A DNA stretch of 64,000 nt. It comes from Podarcis erhardii (Eukaryota). Below the pieces are notes generated by a model, which ran no database searches, was not told the origin of the DNA, and saw nothing but the letters and a program-made list of their open reading frames with translations. Positions 39,661 through 51,002 of the stretch are shown piece after piece. Made by a program: the position numbers and the translations under genes. The stretch lies in NCBI GenBank assembly GCA_964252035.1, contig OZ176202.1. One strand, given 5' to 3'. The stretch's first letter is position 1, and the number at the start of each line of letters is the position of its first letter.

Positions 39661-40020
39661 AACAAAATAAAAAAATTCCTTCCAGTAGCACCTTAAAGAC
39701 CAACTGAGTTAGTTCTAGGTATGAGCTTTCGTGTGCATGCACACTTCTTCAGATACACTGAAACAGAAGTCACCGGACCTTTCTATATAGTGAGAAGGTG
39801 GGGAGGGGTATTACTCAGAAGGGTGGTGGGAATGGGTGATTGGCAGATAGCTGCGATGAGCCTGTTGACGACTCGACCCCCATGGTCCACCACCCAACTC
39901 TACAATTCTATGAACCTAGCCTCTTTCAGCACCCTTACAAACTAGAGTTTCCAGAATACCTTGGGGGAAGCTACAGCTGTTAGAAGTGGTATTATGCCGT
40001 TTTAAATGTCTTAACGCAGA

Positions 40021-40566
40021 AAACAGCCCTACTAGAAAAATTAACCAATAAACTGAAACTGACACGGGGACATATAGAAGAAGATGCCTTCACCCCGGTA
40101 TGGCTCCCCTTTATCACATACACAGCCCAACAGGACAATGACAATACTGTAATCTACCAACAGCATACTAATCAATATGGCTGACCTGATCCAAAACACC
40201 CACCCACCCCACTCACACATGAAAACAAAGACCACCATAGCAAACTACAATGAATAACCACCCCCTAGGCTAGCCCCAACCTCTCACCACCAAAGGAACA
40301 CAAGCGAACAGCAAAGAACCTGCACAAGCAACGCTGACATCAAACCCTACATATAGTAAGTAAAATAGAAACATCGCCACCCGACCCCCACACTCATCTC
40401 CCCCCCCCACCTCTTTCTCCCTTTTCTTCCTAATGTCTCAACAAATGAAATTGATTTGTAAAAATGTTACATTGTGGGGGGGGGGGGGACATGAGAGAGA
40501 GACATTGCACACTTTTGTAAATCAGCAAAAAATTTAATAAATAAAAAATTATTTAATACAAAAAAT
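40021..40566 (+). mobile_element. 546-bp L1-type insertion with a 16-bp TSD, possibly 5'-inverted
   Basis: TSD aatgtcttaacgcaga at 40005-40020 and 40567-40582. A-rich tail containing AATAAA resembles the L1 tail at ~15905-15930. Confidence 0.8.
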
Positions 40567-40596
40567 AATGTCTTAACGCAGATATGACTCAGCTTA

Positions 40597-40895
40597 AAGT
40601 TAAAGGTAAAGAGACCCCTGACCATTAGGTCCAGTCGTGGCCAACTCTGGGGCTGCAGCACTCATCTCACTTTATTGGCCGAGGAAGCATGACTAAACTG
40701 CTTCTGGCAAACCAGAGCAGCGCACGAAAACGCCATTTTACCTTCCCTCCAGAGTGGTACCTATTGATCTACTTGCACTTTGACATGCTTTCGAACTGCT
40801 AGGTGGTCAGGAGGAGGGACTGAGCAACGGTAGCTCACCCCGTCGACCTTCTGATCGGCAAGTCCTAGGCTCTGTGGTTTAACCCACAGCGCCAC
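40597..40895 (-). mobile_element. Sauria (Squam1) SINE, 5'-clipped with B-box deletion
   Basis: Matches the other copies and lacks the gttcgaatcc segment. Confidence 0.85.
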
Positions 40896-40899
40896 AATA

Positions 40900-41660
40900 A
40901 ACTACATGGCGCGCGCACATCTGCCCTCCTACAGAGGGAAACGGGGTTGGGGGGGGAGGGGGGCTCACGAGGATTGCGCGGTGTAGCGTCGACTACGATG
41001 CAAGTCGCAGTCAGTTCCCCGTGCAAGGAGCCTCTCGGAAGATCGCCACCTTGCTCGGCACATTTCGAACCCGGCGCTTCCCCAGAAGCCCCAGTCCAGC
41101 CCAATGCTTCCAGGTCACAAACTACATTTCCCAGCATCCCTTTCTCTACAGCCCCCCCCCCTCGGTGTAAGCAACAAACCGGGCAGACCCAAGGTACGGG
41201 GAGCGCGCAAGTAAGTTTCTGGAGGAAACGGTGGGGTCGCGCGCGCTTGCGCCGTGCGCCTCCCGGCCGGAGAATGTGTGTCCCGTTACGCCCGCTGCTC
41301 TTTGATCCACTTGTCGCTTCCGCAGCTGCCTCGCCAGATCCCGGCTTCTTTTGCAGCTGCCTGTTGATCGAGTCTCTCCGCTGCCTTTTCTCTTCGCTGG
41401 TGCCATGAATAGACAAGAGACGTCGTCGTCTTACCAAGAGGTATTGGGGTCGGGGGTCGGAGCCGTGGCGGCGATCTTGCTCCGAATTCGTCTTCGCGAA
41501 GCGCGGCCGACGCGCCGCTTTCCTTTCTTGGCCGATCTGAGCGTTGCGCGCTCCGGAAAGAGCCTTTGCAGTTTCTGCTGCTGTGGCAAACCAACAGGAA
41601 AACTTAACACAGCCGGATCCGATGCATGCTTACCGCTCCGTACAGAGGCAACTGCACCAA
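40900..41660. promoter_or_regulatory. CpG island / PACC1 promoter with an ACTACATTTCCCAGCAT (THAP11/ZNF143-type) site at 41121
   Basis: Dense CpG. The motif matches ACTAYRNNNCCCR. Confidence 0.8.
41405..41440 (+). CDS. PACC1: Proton-activated chloride channel exon 1 (MNRQETSSSYQE)
   Basis: gccATG start, 36 nt, gt donor. Similar to human MIRQERSTSYQE. Confidence 0.9.
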
Positions 41661-41815
41661 CCGAGTCAGACCGTTGCCCCATCTAGCTCAGTATAGCCTA
41701 CACTGATTGGCAGCAGCTCTGGGCAGGAGTAGCACTCAGCTCTGCACCCGGAGATGCCGGGATTTGAACCTGAGCCCTTCTGCGTGTAAGGCGGGCGCGT
41801 TACCGCTGCAGTAGA
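41650..41815 (-). mobile_element. tRNA-Val-like SINE in PACC1 intron 1
   Basis: Minus strand reads ccttacacgcagaagggctcaggttcaaatccc, followed by the tactgagctagatgg tail shared with other SINE relics here. Confidence 0.5.
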
Positions 41816-43471
41816 GCTTGCCACTCCGTTTGCAATAGGGCTGCAAAACTACTACAGGCTGCCATCCTCTGTGTATGCGTTCAGTATAATGTATCCCATT
41901 GAGCAAAGAAGGGTTTACTTCTCTGTGCGTGGAATTGCTCTGTGCAAGCAGCAGTTTATAGATGAAAACTGCTGTTGGTTCCCCGAAGTCAGGAGTAAGA
42001 CTAATTGAACTCAGTGAGACTTGCTTCCGAGTAAAGCATGCACACTCTTGCACTTACGTTGAGCTCAGTGAGACTAGCCTCTTGTTCTGAGTAGGAAACA
42101 AACACGCGATTCTGCACAAAACCCAGGCACAAGTTTCTTGTTTGCCAGCGAAGGCACTGCAGGAAAAGCGTTTTCTTTGCTGTGCACAGTATTTCCTCAT
42201 CCCCGCTCCCCCGCCCACAGCACTTTGCTGACTTTTTCTAGTCCAGATGGCAAGAATCAGAAGTGGGAGCTCTGCTTAAAACTTCAGGACTCTAGCAATT
42301 GATTCATAATGACGGTAATAATAGTATAATAATCCTCCTGATGAGCTGAGTGCTATCCTAGAAGGCAGTTGGTAATAATGAGCTCTTAATTGTTGTTGTA
42401 AGTGATCTTATTATATGCTCAAATGTAATGCCTGCTGAGTTCAGTGGGGCTTAATAATAATTTTTTATTAGTAGTAGTAGTGTTGACAGGACTCTTGCCT
42501 TAATTCTCTTCCCAGTTTGCAACCTAGCAGGGTCTCTACATCAACTCCAGCCTTTATTCTTATATTTAAATGTATAACCTCCCTCCGTTAATTCTGATTC
42601 TCAGAATTCTGTTTAATGCCACAGAGAAAGATAGCCGGACCACCAAGTTAAGTCCATTTTGTAGTGTCAACAATGGCCTGTTTTTATTCCCCTGAGCGAA
42701 CTTCTGTCTCTCTCTCTAACAAAAGGATATCCTGCAGACTCTCTCACAAGTGCCCTTGAATCATTTAATCGTTTTTCTTTTCTTCTGGAGCCCATATCAC
42801 TTGTGTTCATGCAGTTAATCTGGCAGGAAAGGGAGGGGATGGCTGTTGGTGTAAACAAACCCTCCCAGATCTCACTTTTAAAAAAGCATTTAAAGCAAAT
42901 CCAGAAAATTGGTTATCTGTTTGAATGTGCTCTGGTATGGTGCTATTAAACTGGTCTTAGCCATGCAGTGAAACTCCCCCACTGTCCTGCTGCCAGGCCT
43001 TGAAGGTTTCGCCTGCTTTGCATATCAATGTACCAGCTGGTACAACTGTAACTCTGGGCTCATGGCAGTTGCCTTTGCTTCCCCTTCAAAACTGCAGATG
43101 TTGAGAGAGCTCAGCTCATTCAAACGCAATTATAGCATGCCTTACTTGTGGGGGGGGGGACATTAGCAGGAGAGCTGTGATACAGCCCATAATAATAATA
43201 CTATTAACAATAATAGTACCATTCCCAGGTTCTCTCCCAAATTCCCAGATTCCACAGGGGTTGTCATAGTGAAATCAAGTAAAGACTGATGCTTCGAGAC
43301 AGGAGCTTGATGTTATACACGAGTCATAATTTAACAGATTCTTCCCAGAAATCCAGGTGAAATGGGGGGGGGGCAGGAATGTGGGCTGGCATTTTGATGT
43401 GTGGATTGGGGGGGCACAATAAACACCCACCTAGAAGCATTTACTGTGACAGAAGTTTATATGGGCTAAGT

Positions 43472-43793
43472 CAGGGGTCAGCAAACTTTTTCAGCAGGGG
43501 GCCGGTCCACTGTCCCTCAGACCTTGTGGGGGGCCAGACGATATTTTGAAAAATAATAATGAATGAATTCCTATGCCCCACAAATAACCCAGAGATTCAT
43601 TTTAAATAAAAGGAGACATTCTACTCGTGTAAAAACACCAGGCAGGCCCCACAAATAACCCAGAGATGCATTTTAAATAAAAGGACTCGTTCAACTCATG
43701 TAAAAACACGCTGATTCCTGGACTGTCCGTGGGCCGGATCTAGAAGGCGATTGTGCCGGATCCGGCCCCTGGGCCTTAGTTTGCCTACCCATG
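43472..43793 (+). mobile_element. hAT MITE
   Basis: caggggtcagcaaac...gtttgcctacccatg with a perfect 8-bp TSD ggctaagt. Confidence 0.9.
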
Positions 43794-46002
43794 GGCTAAG
43801 TGATGCCAGAAATAAAATGTGTTGCTTTTTAAGGTGATACAAGACTCTGGTTTTTGCATTCACTAATGCAGATGAAAAATAATTCTTATATTTGCTCAGT
43901 GCCAAGCGACCTGCAGTCCTCCAAGATGGTGTTAGGCAGTCATCAGCCACAGCCAGTATAGCAAATGGTCAGGTATGATCACAGATGTAGTCCCATGACA
44001 TATCAAGGGCCACTGGTTTCTGCCCTTGAATTAGGTAGTACAGATGAATAACAATAATATCCTTTATAAACGGGGACTGCAACAAAATGTTATAACATGG
44101 GAATGCTTCTGTCCAGGATGCCAGCCAGCCAGGGTTTGTGGCCTGGGATTCTGATGAGAATCCCGAGGGCCAAGTAGAGAGGTTTAGGGGACACCTTTGG
44201 CTCCCAGGCCTGAGACTCCCTGCCATTCTAATATATTCTCAAGATGCTCCTCTGTTTTGGAAACTACAGGTTTTATTCATTTTTTCAAAATATTTTGAAA
44301 CGTCCTCACATGTTCAGCTGCTTTTGTGATTTTAAACCTTCTGGGTTAAGTGACCTCAAGTGTTAGTGTGGTTGCCATTTTGCTCTTTAAATGGACTTCG
44401 AAAGAAATGAAATAAAAAAACCCCAAAGGTTCCCTGAAGGAGGTTAATATGTGTTGAAGAAGTAACTAATATATAAAAGATTTCCCTGCTTCCCTAAACA
44501 TTCTGTTCGGTCTTTGGCCTCTTCTGGGAATTTTAATTTGTTAAGGGTGACGACTGATGAGAGTTGGCAGGAGACACCTATTCCCCACTCAGAGCTATTA
44601 TTCTCAGGGGTTAACCATCAATGCTTCCCAGTGAACTCTCGATATTGTAGCTCCACACCCTTAACAGACAAAACAGACCCCTAACAGACATGCTAGTGGT
44701 GGGCAAAAGCGGAACAACAGATAGGACTTATCTTTGTACAGTAGGTTACATTTCAGCTGTGCCAAAGTGCTCCAGGAGGGTGTGGAGCAGGACTCTTGAG
44801 CTGGTATGTCTTGAGGAGAAGGGGTTCAGGCTAAGGAGAGTCCCAAGGGCCATGCGGAAAGACCCAGAGTTCTCCAGTTCCAATGTACTTGCATGTGTGA
44901 ATTCCCCGGGATTTTAGACATAGCCCCATTGAAGCCAATGTGAGTAAACAGCTTAAGTGGCTTGTAGATCATAGCTTCCCTGCTGCCGCCGCCTTGTCTG
45001 ACATCTGAGTAAATACCGAAATAGGACACACCTGAAAGCCACCTGATCGCTTCAGCTCACCTGCTCCTAACAGTGTGCCAAGGCTTATGTGCCAGGGTGA
45101 TCAGTATTCATTGTGGACTGCAGCCATGCACTCATGTACACATGTAACAGCCGAGAAGCCTGTTGCATGCATTGTCTTCTCAAGGGTGTGGAAAGCAGTG
45201 CTATGTCTTTACTAATGGGACCTGCAACAACTTACAGTGCTATGTCTTTACTAATGGGACCTGCAACGAAGTGTTGCAGTGTGGAGAGCTTCTAGTTAGG
45301 CCTCTAGTCAGCTAAGCATTCCATTCCTCCTCTTCTGTTTTCCATTCAGTCCCCACCAGTTAGCATTCTGTGGCCACTGATCAGGCTCAGTTCTCATGGG
45401 GCTACTTTTGGCTTCGCTCCTTTATTCCCCAACCTTTTCGTTTGTACTTCTGCAAACCTTTGGGGTTTTTCCAAGAAAAGCTGATAACTTCACTGTTGCT
45501 TGCTTTAGTTTTGAGTGCTGTTTATCCGCTTGCAGGGGTGTTGAAGTCTTGCAGTAATAGCCTTATCTGTTTAAAGAATACAGTAGATGTAGCCAACATG
45601 GTGCCAGGTAGCTCAGTTGGTTAGAGCATGCTGCTGATAACACCAAGGTTGCAGGCAGCTGCCTATTCTTGCAATGCCAGGGGGGTTGGACTAGATGATG
45701 CTCAGGTTCCCTTCCAACTCTACAATTCTATTATTCTATTATTCTGTGGTGTCCCCAAGATGCTGCTGGCCTACAACTCCTGCTGTCCCTGATCGTTGGC
45801 CATGCTGGCTGGGGATGATGGGAGTTGACCTACTCTGTGGGTTTTCCCCTTTATCAAAGAGGCAGATCTTGACAGAGGCTTCAGGGGCTTTTGAAAAGCC
45901 TTGACCCCACCTCTGACTGGACGAGCGACCCTTTCTCAGGTTGAAGGTTTGGTTGGTGCCCAGTTATATTTCTGGGGCTGTGGTAGTCAACTGAACTGAA
46001 CT

Positions 46003-46268
46003 GAGAGCCAGCGTGGTGTAGTGGTTAAGAGCGGTGGACTCGTAATCAGGTGAACTGGGTTTGCTTCCCCACTCCTCCACATGCAGCTGCTGGGTGACCT
46101 TGGGCTAGTCACACTTCTCTGAAGTCTCTCAGCCTCACTCAGCTCACAGAGTGTTTGTCGTGGGGGAGGAAGGGAAAGGAGAATGTTAGCCGATTTGAGA
46201 CTCTTTAAGGGGAGTGAAAGGCGGGATATCAAGACCAAACTCCTCCTCCTCCTCCTCCTCTTCTTCTA
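46003..46268 (+). mobile_element. Young tRNA-derived CORE-type SINE (Squam2-like)
   Basis: A box tggtgtagtggtt, core ggtgaccttgggctagtcac, and a (ctc)n tail. Confidence 0.65.
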
Positions 46269-47768
46269 TGTTTTCATTTGCAAAAACAATGACTTAAATA
46301 AATAAATAAAAACAGCAACCAATTTTGTTTGGGATAGGGAAGAAGTGGAACGAGCCAGCTGCGATCCGTAAGGTTGCTTCGGAACGCCAGGAGACAAAAA
46401 GAAAATTGTGGATAGAGGGAAGGAACAAAAGGAAGCAGAATCCTTTGTGCTTTGCCTTCAGTTATTTTCCTTTCAGTTATGGGATTAGATGCTGCGCGGC
46501 CTGCAGGGATCATGTCTATCGGATGTGACAAGCCTGTGACATTGACAAAAATGTCCTGGCAGTTTGGGCCTTGCGCTTTGAGTGATGGCTTAAGAAAGTA
46601 TCTGGTCTGTTTTGTTGCTTTGAAAGGTGTTCAATTGCCTGTTGTTCTGAGCCAAAGGATAACGTAGCAGTGGCCTGAGGATTAGGTTGCTGTTCCTTTT
46701 GGTGGCGATGGGAGGAAAGGTGTTCGTGCTACATTCACACACGTGCTGGAAGCAGTCAGATTCTTCCTTACGTGCCTGGGAAATCCCTCCGCCAGCAGTT
46801 TCAGGATTTGCATACAGAGGGACAAATCCAGTCTTTTTGGTCGTGAATGCAAGATAGCAGGCGCATTAGAATGGAGAGACTGGGAGAGATGTAGACAGTC
46901 CATTGAAGACTTTGCAGCCCAAACTGGAGCAGTAACCAATGCCGTTTTAAAGTTTTATCAGAAACTTCCTACTCCATTTTCTCATTTTCTTCCGCAACAG
47001 TGAACACCAGAAATTGGCTTGTTCTTTTTTTAAAAAAACCAACATCACCGTTTCTCAGCTTTATATAGCAGCCTCTAGATCCAGCATTAGAAGTTGGATC
47101 TGCAAGAAATGTTCTGGTTTGTCCTCTTCAACAGGAGTGCTCTTGTTCAGGGTTCTAGGCAGTCATTTGAGAGAGCAGCTTCCAGTCAATGCAGACAGTA
47201 CTGAGCTATATGCACTAATGGTCTGACTCAATGTAAGGCAGTTTCCTATGTTCCTTCCACTCTTTTACAGGCGCATGCACAAACACATACTCGGACACTA
47301 TGCTTTGCCAGAAGTGTTTCCCCACCCCCTGTACTCAATATTCTATGACTACTGAACATGCTCAGTACTCATTGGGCTGTTGGTCTTTTGCCTCCACCGT
47401 TTCGTTTTAATTTGTACCTCTGAAAATTCAGGGGGCTCCCCTAGCATTGCTGAGAGCTCCCTTTCGGTTTCTCAGTGGCTCCATTTTGGCTCAATTTCTG
47501 TTCTCATTCACCGCCTGAGGTTGCTATTGGAGGGAGTGCTCATTCATGCTTCCCAGTCCATTAGCAGCCATGAGCATTCATGGAGAGGCAATTTAGAGCC
47601 GGGTTGGCAAACCTCTTTCTGGCTGGCAGTACCGATTCCCCTGACCCCCGGTGGGCCAAATTTCACAGGTAGGCAGGGTTGTGTGATTAACACTGTACAG
47701 AGCAGATGCAGCAGGGAGGCTGTAGCATGAGCAAGTGTAGCCTGCTGAGTGTGTGGCTTGTGGTTGAA

Positions 47769-47855
47769 TTTCACCTGCAGGAAGAACAGCTTCTTTGCGA
47801 TGTTCTGGATCAGCTCCTCAGATACATCTTCAGGGTAGAACTTGGTATGGAATTT
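47769..47855 (-). pseudogene. ERM-family (ezrin/moesin) FERM-domain fragment, antisense in PACC1 intron 1
   Basis: Translates [29 protein letters not shown], 23/29 identical to recalled moesin [29 protein letters not shown]. There is no homology upstream. Confidence 0.8.
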
Positions 47856-47925
47856 GAGCCGCTGTAGAAGCTCAGGGCTGTACCCACTACACAGATCTGA
47901 TTGTTTCCGTATTTTATATTTGTAG

Positions 47926-48025
47926 CTGAGTGAAGATGTGGAGCACGCAGATGCAAACTTGGAACCTGCAGAGGAACAAGTAGACAAAGAGGATCTGGAT
48001 GATGCCAGCTCAACTATCCTTCCAA
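47926..48025 (+). CDS. PACC1: PACC1 exon 2 ([33 protein letters not shown])
   Basis: tgtag acceptor, gtgag donor, 100 nt. Completes the YQEL motif and the acidic N-terminus. Phase fits exon 3. Confidence 0.85.
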
Positions 48026-48234
48026 GTGAGATCTACTGATCCTGTGTAGCTGGATATTACATGTGCTTGTATGAGAATCTTGGGGTCCCAGCCCATATTG
48101 TTTTCTGCTGACAAGAGATATTGCAGGGATGCATGTCGCAGGGTAGGGGCATTTCCTGTAACAGGTGCAGGAAAGCCCCTCTTGAAGGGAGTTCTCTGTG
48201 ATAGAACATGTGCTGAGAGCAGCAATGCCTGGTA

Positions 48235-48476
48235 CAGTTGTACCTCGGAAGTCGAACGCCTTGCAAGTTGAATGTTTTGGCTCCTGAATACTGCAAACCT
48301 GGAAGTAAGTGTTCCGGTTTGCGAACGTTCTTTTGGAACCTGAACGTCTTCTGCGGCTTCCGATTGGCTGCAGGAACTTCCTACAGCCAATTGGAAGCCG
48401 CGCCTTGGTTTCCAAACATTTTGGAAGTCGAACGGACTTCCGGAACAGATTCCGGTCGACTTCCACAGTACGACTG
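48235..48476. mobile_element. Tigger-like MITE, family B
   Basis: TA|CAGTTGTACC...GTACGACTG|TA. Confidence 0.8.
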
Positions 48477-48714
48477 TATTATGAAAAAGTGAAGCACCTC
48501 CATGAGGCAGCCAACACTTGCCTTCGTCAAGCAGCCATCATTGCCTCCATTAGCCAACCATCACTTGCCACCAGCTGGTCCCTCTGCAGCCTCCTCTCCC
48601 TACATGGGGAGAAATCAGTCTTTGGTTCTTTCCTCCTTAACATGGGGCATATTTAAATTCTGACACCATATGTTCCAGTGTGAGTTAAAAGTCTCAGATT
48701 AATGTTTTCTCCAG

Positions 48715-48918
48715 TCCTAGACAGCAACAGCCCTTCGGTGCGTTTCAGCAAGTCCTGCCTGAAAAACGTCTTCTCGGTCATTCTCCTCTTCATATACCTG
48801 CTGCTCATGGCTGTAGCTGTCTTCCTGGTCTACCAAACCATTGCCGACTTCAGGGATAAACTCAAGCACCCCGTGATGTCGGTCTCTTACAAGGAGGTGC
48901 CCTCTTACGACGCACCTG
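48715..48918 (+). CDS. PACC1: PACC1 exon 3 (TM1: RFSKSCLKNVFSVILLFIYLLLMAVAVFLVY...KHPVMSVSYKEVPSYDAPG)
   Basis: ccag acceptor, gtaag donor, 204 nt. Strong match to TMEM206. Confidence 0.97.
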
Positions 48919-50847
48919 GTAAGATTGGAAACTGAATGATGAGTTTTCCAGGGTAATCGGGCAGAGTTTGAAGTTGCATTTCAGGCTTCCACAAATCTGC
49001 AGCTGGCTGCCCTTTTGCTTACCAGCTCTCGGGCTTGCGCATTGTTGGGTTGTGGGACCTAGGCTGCCTTTGTAGATGTTTAAGCCTTATGCAGTTAAGC
49101 CAGCAGAAGCTGCTTCTGAGGAACACAAGGAACCCTCATTTTGTGGCTCTACAGACGCTGGAGGTTGCAGGTGCCACTTGTTGAAGCCACAACAATAAGC
49201 GGGGTTTTACCTATTCTGTGAAAACATCCCCTTTTATTCAGAGCTCTTAAGTGTTGCACAAGATTCAGGACTACCTTAGAAACAGCAGCCCCACGCAGGG
49301 TTCCCCACTTCTTGCCCTGTTAATACTTAGTAGGAGATTAGAAGCTGCTTTTTCACTGAGTTATGATCTTGGTCCATCTAGCTCACTAAGGTCTAATCTT
49401 GCCAGCAGTGGCTGTCCGTGGTTTGAGTCAGCAGTTCATTTCCAGCGCAACTTTCCCCGTGGCCTGACATCGTGGCACTGTGTGCTGTCCTCGCCATCAT
49501 TGGCTGCTTCTTGTGAGGATGGGAGTGTGCAGTGAGGACCAGACACATGGTAGATTGCAATAAGCATTGCAGAGAAGAGGAAGAACTGGGCGTGGGAGCT
49601 GTGGCTTTGGGTAGCCATGGACAGACTTCCCCTCCATGAATTTGGCTGGCAAATGTTTCTTGTAATTCTTCATTCTCCTAAGCATCTAAGAAGAATCCTG
49701 CTGGATCAGGGTGAAGGTTTGCGGAGGGAGGCTCTTAAGTTGGTTAGTGCTAATGGTTCACAAATCAATGAGGGGAGGAGTGGGTCCATATGTTTTAAGA
49801 GAAGCGATTTCGAGACTGATGCATGAGAGACCTTCCACTGAGCTTCCTGTGCCAGGCAGTTCAAGACCTGCTTTGGCCTTTAGCTAAGGCCATCAAGCAA
49901 CCAGTGACTTACCAACTTCAGGAGTTTGGGGTTGAACTAAATTATCTAAATTCATATCAGTGCTGCCTTGATTGCCCTGGTGGATGATGTGTATCAGGAG
50001 AAAGACTGTGGGAACTGACATACCGATTTCAGTGGCTTGATCCCCTTGGCCACAATGTCTCTCTGAGTTGCCTGCATGGAATAGGAATGTGTGTGCATGT
50101 GTGTGGAAGAAACTGTTTTATGGCATTTCCTTTCTCACCTGTCGGGTTCCAGAAGGTGGTGCTGTGGCATCCTTTTCTCAGCAGCCAACAAAATCAGGGG
50201 GGTTGCTTGTGGAAGCTATTGATGCCCACAAGTTAACTCCGGATGTTTTGGGTCCTTTTCTCCCTCTGTAAAAGCCAGTCCCCTTTCCCCCAACAATCTC
50301 TAACATGACCAAGTAACGGAACACAAGTTGCAGCTATGCAGACTTCAGTCTTAGTGGATGGTGCCGTCAGCCATCTTTCTCTGCCCCCAGAAGGCCTTTG
50401 GCAACGACACCAAGTCACGACACAGTGTTGTTGCCATGGGGCATTCTGTCGCACGAATGCTGTTGAGGGTGCTGAGGACAGGGAGATGCACTGTCCTGCA
50501 AAAGTGTAGAAGGAGGGGAAGAATCTCAGCCTAGATTTAATTGTCTTTCAATTGTTGGGGGACTCTGGATGCTGGGGAGAGATTTTTCTCATCCCTATGA
50601 TCCTTTGTCTGAAGAAGCTAGGGATTGAACTTTGTCTGCATGCAAACTTCGGACTGTCTGCCAATGTGCTATAAGGCTGCTTCCAAAATTTGTGGCTTTT
50701 GTGGCCAGTCTGGCCTAACATTCTACCCATCCTGACTCTCGCACCACATTCTGTGTGATGTGTAAGCAATGCTGTGTCTGTGATGGTTTTGCAGCAGTCC
50801 ATGGCTGATCCCGTTCATTAGAAATGTAACATTGCTCTTCCAAACAG

Positions 50848-51002
50848 GTATTGCCCTCTACCCAGGCAAGGCTGAGCTGCTGACCTGCAAGCATCACTTA
50901 CACAATTACATCCCACCTCTGGTAAACCCTGGCCAGCCAGGAGAAATTGAATGCACTACTCAGAGAATCAACTACACAGATCCTTTTGCTAATGGAACAA
51001 AG
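50848..51002 (+). CDS. PACC1: PACC1 exon 4 (GIALYPGKAELLTCKHH...CTTQRINYTDPFANGTK)
   Basis: acag acceptor, gtaat donor, 155 nt. Confidence 0.96.

Noticed and set aside
40865-41686. Long ORFs around the PACC1 start
   Set aside because: They are CpG-island artefacts, apart from exon 1 and the possible uORF reported above.
45196-45267. 33-bp direct repeat with 39-bp period
   Set aside because: There are only two units with a 6-bp spacer, so this is a simple local duplication, not a CRISPR-like array.
47690-47768. Possible continuation of ERM homology (TASLL versus TAVLL)
   Set aside because: The spacing is off by two residues and the intervening sequence does not match, so it cannot be distinguished from chance.
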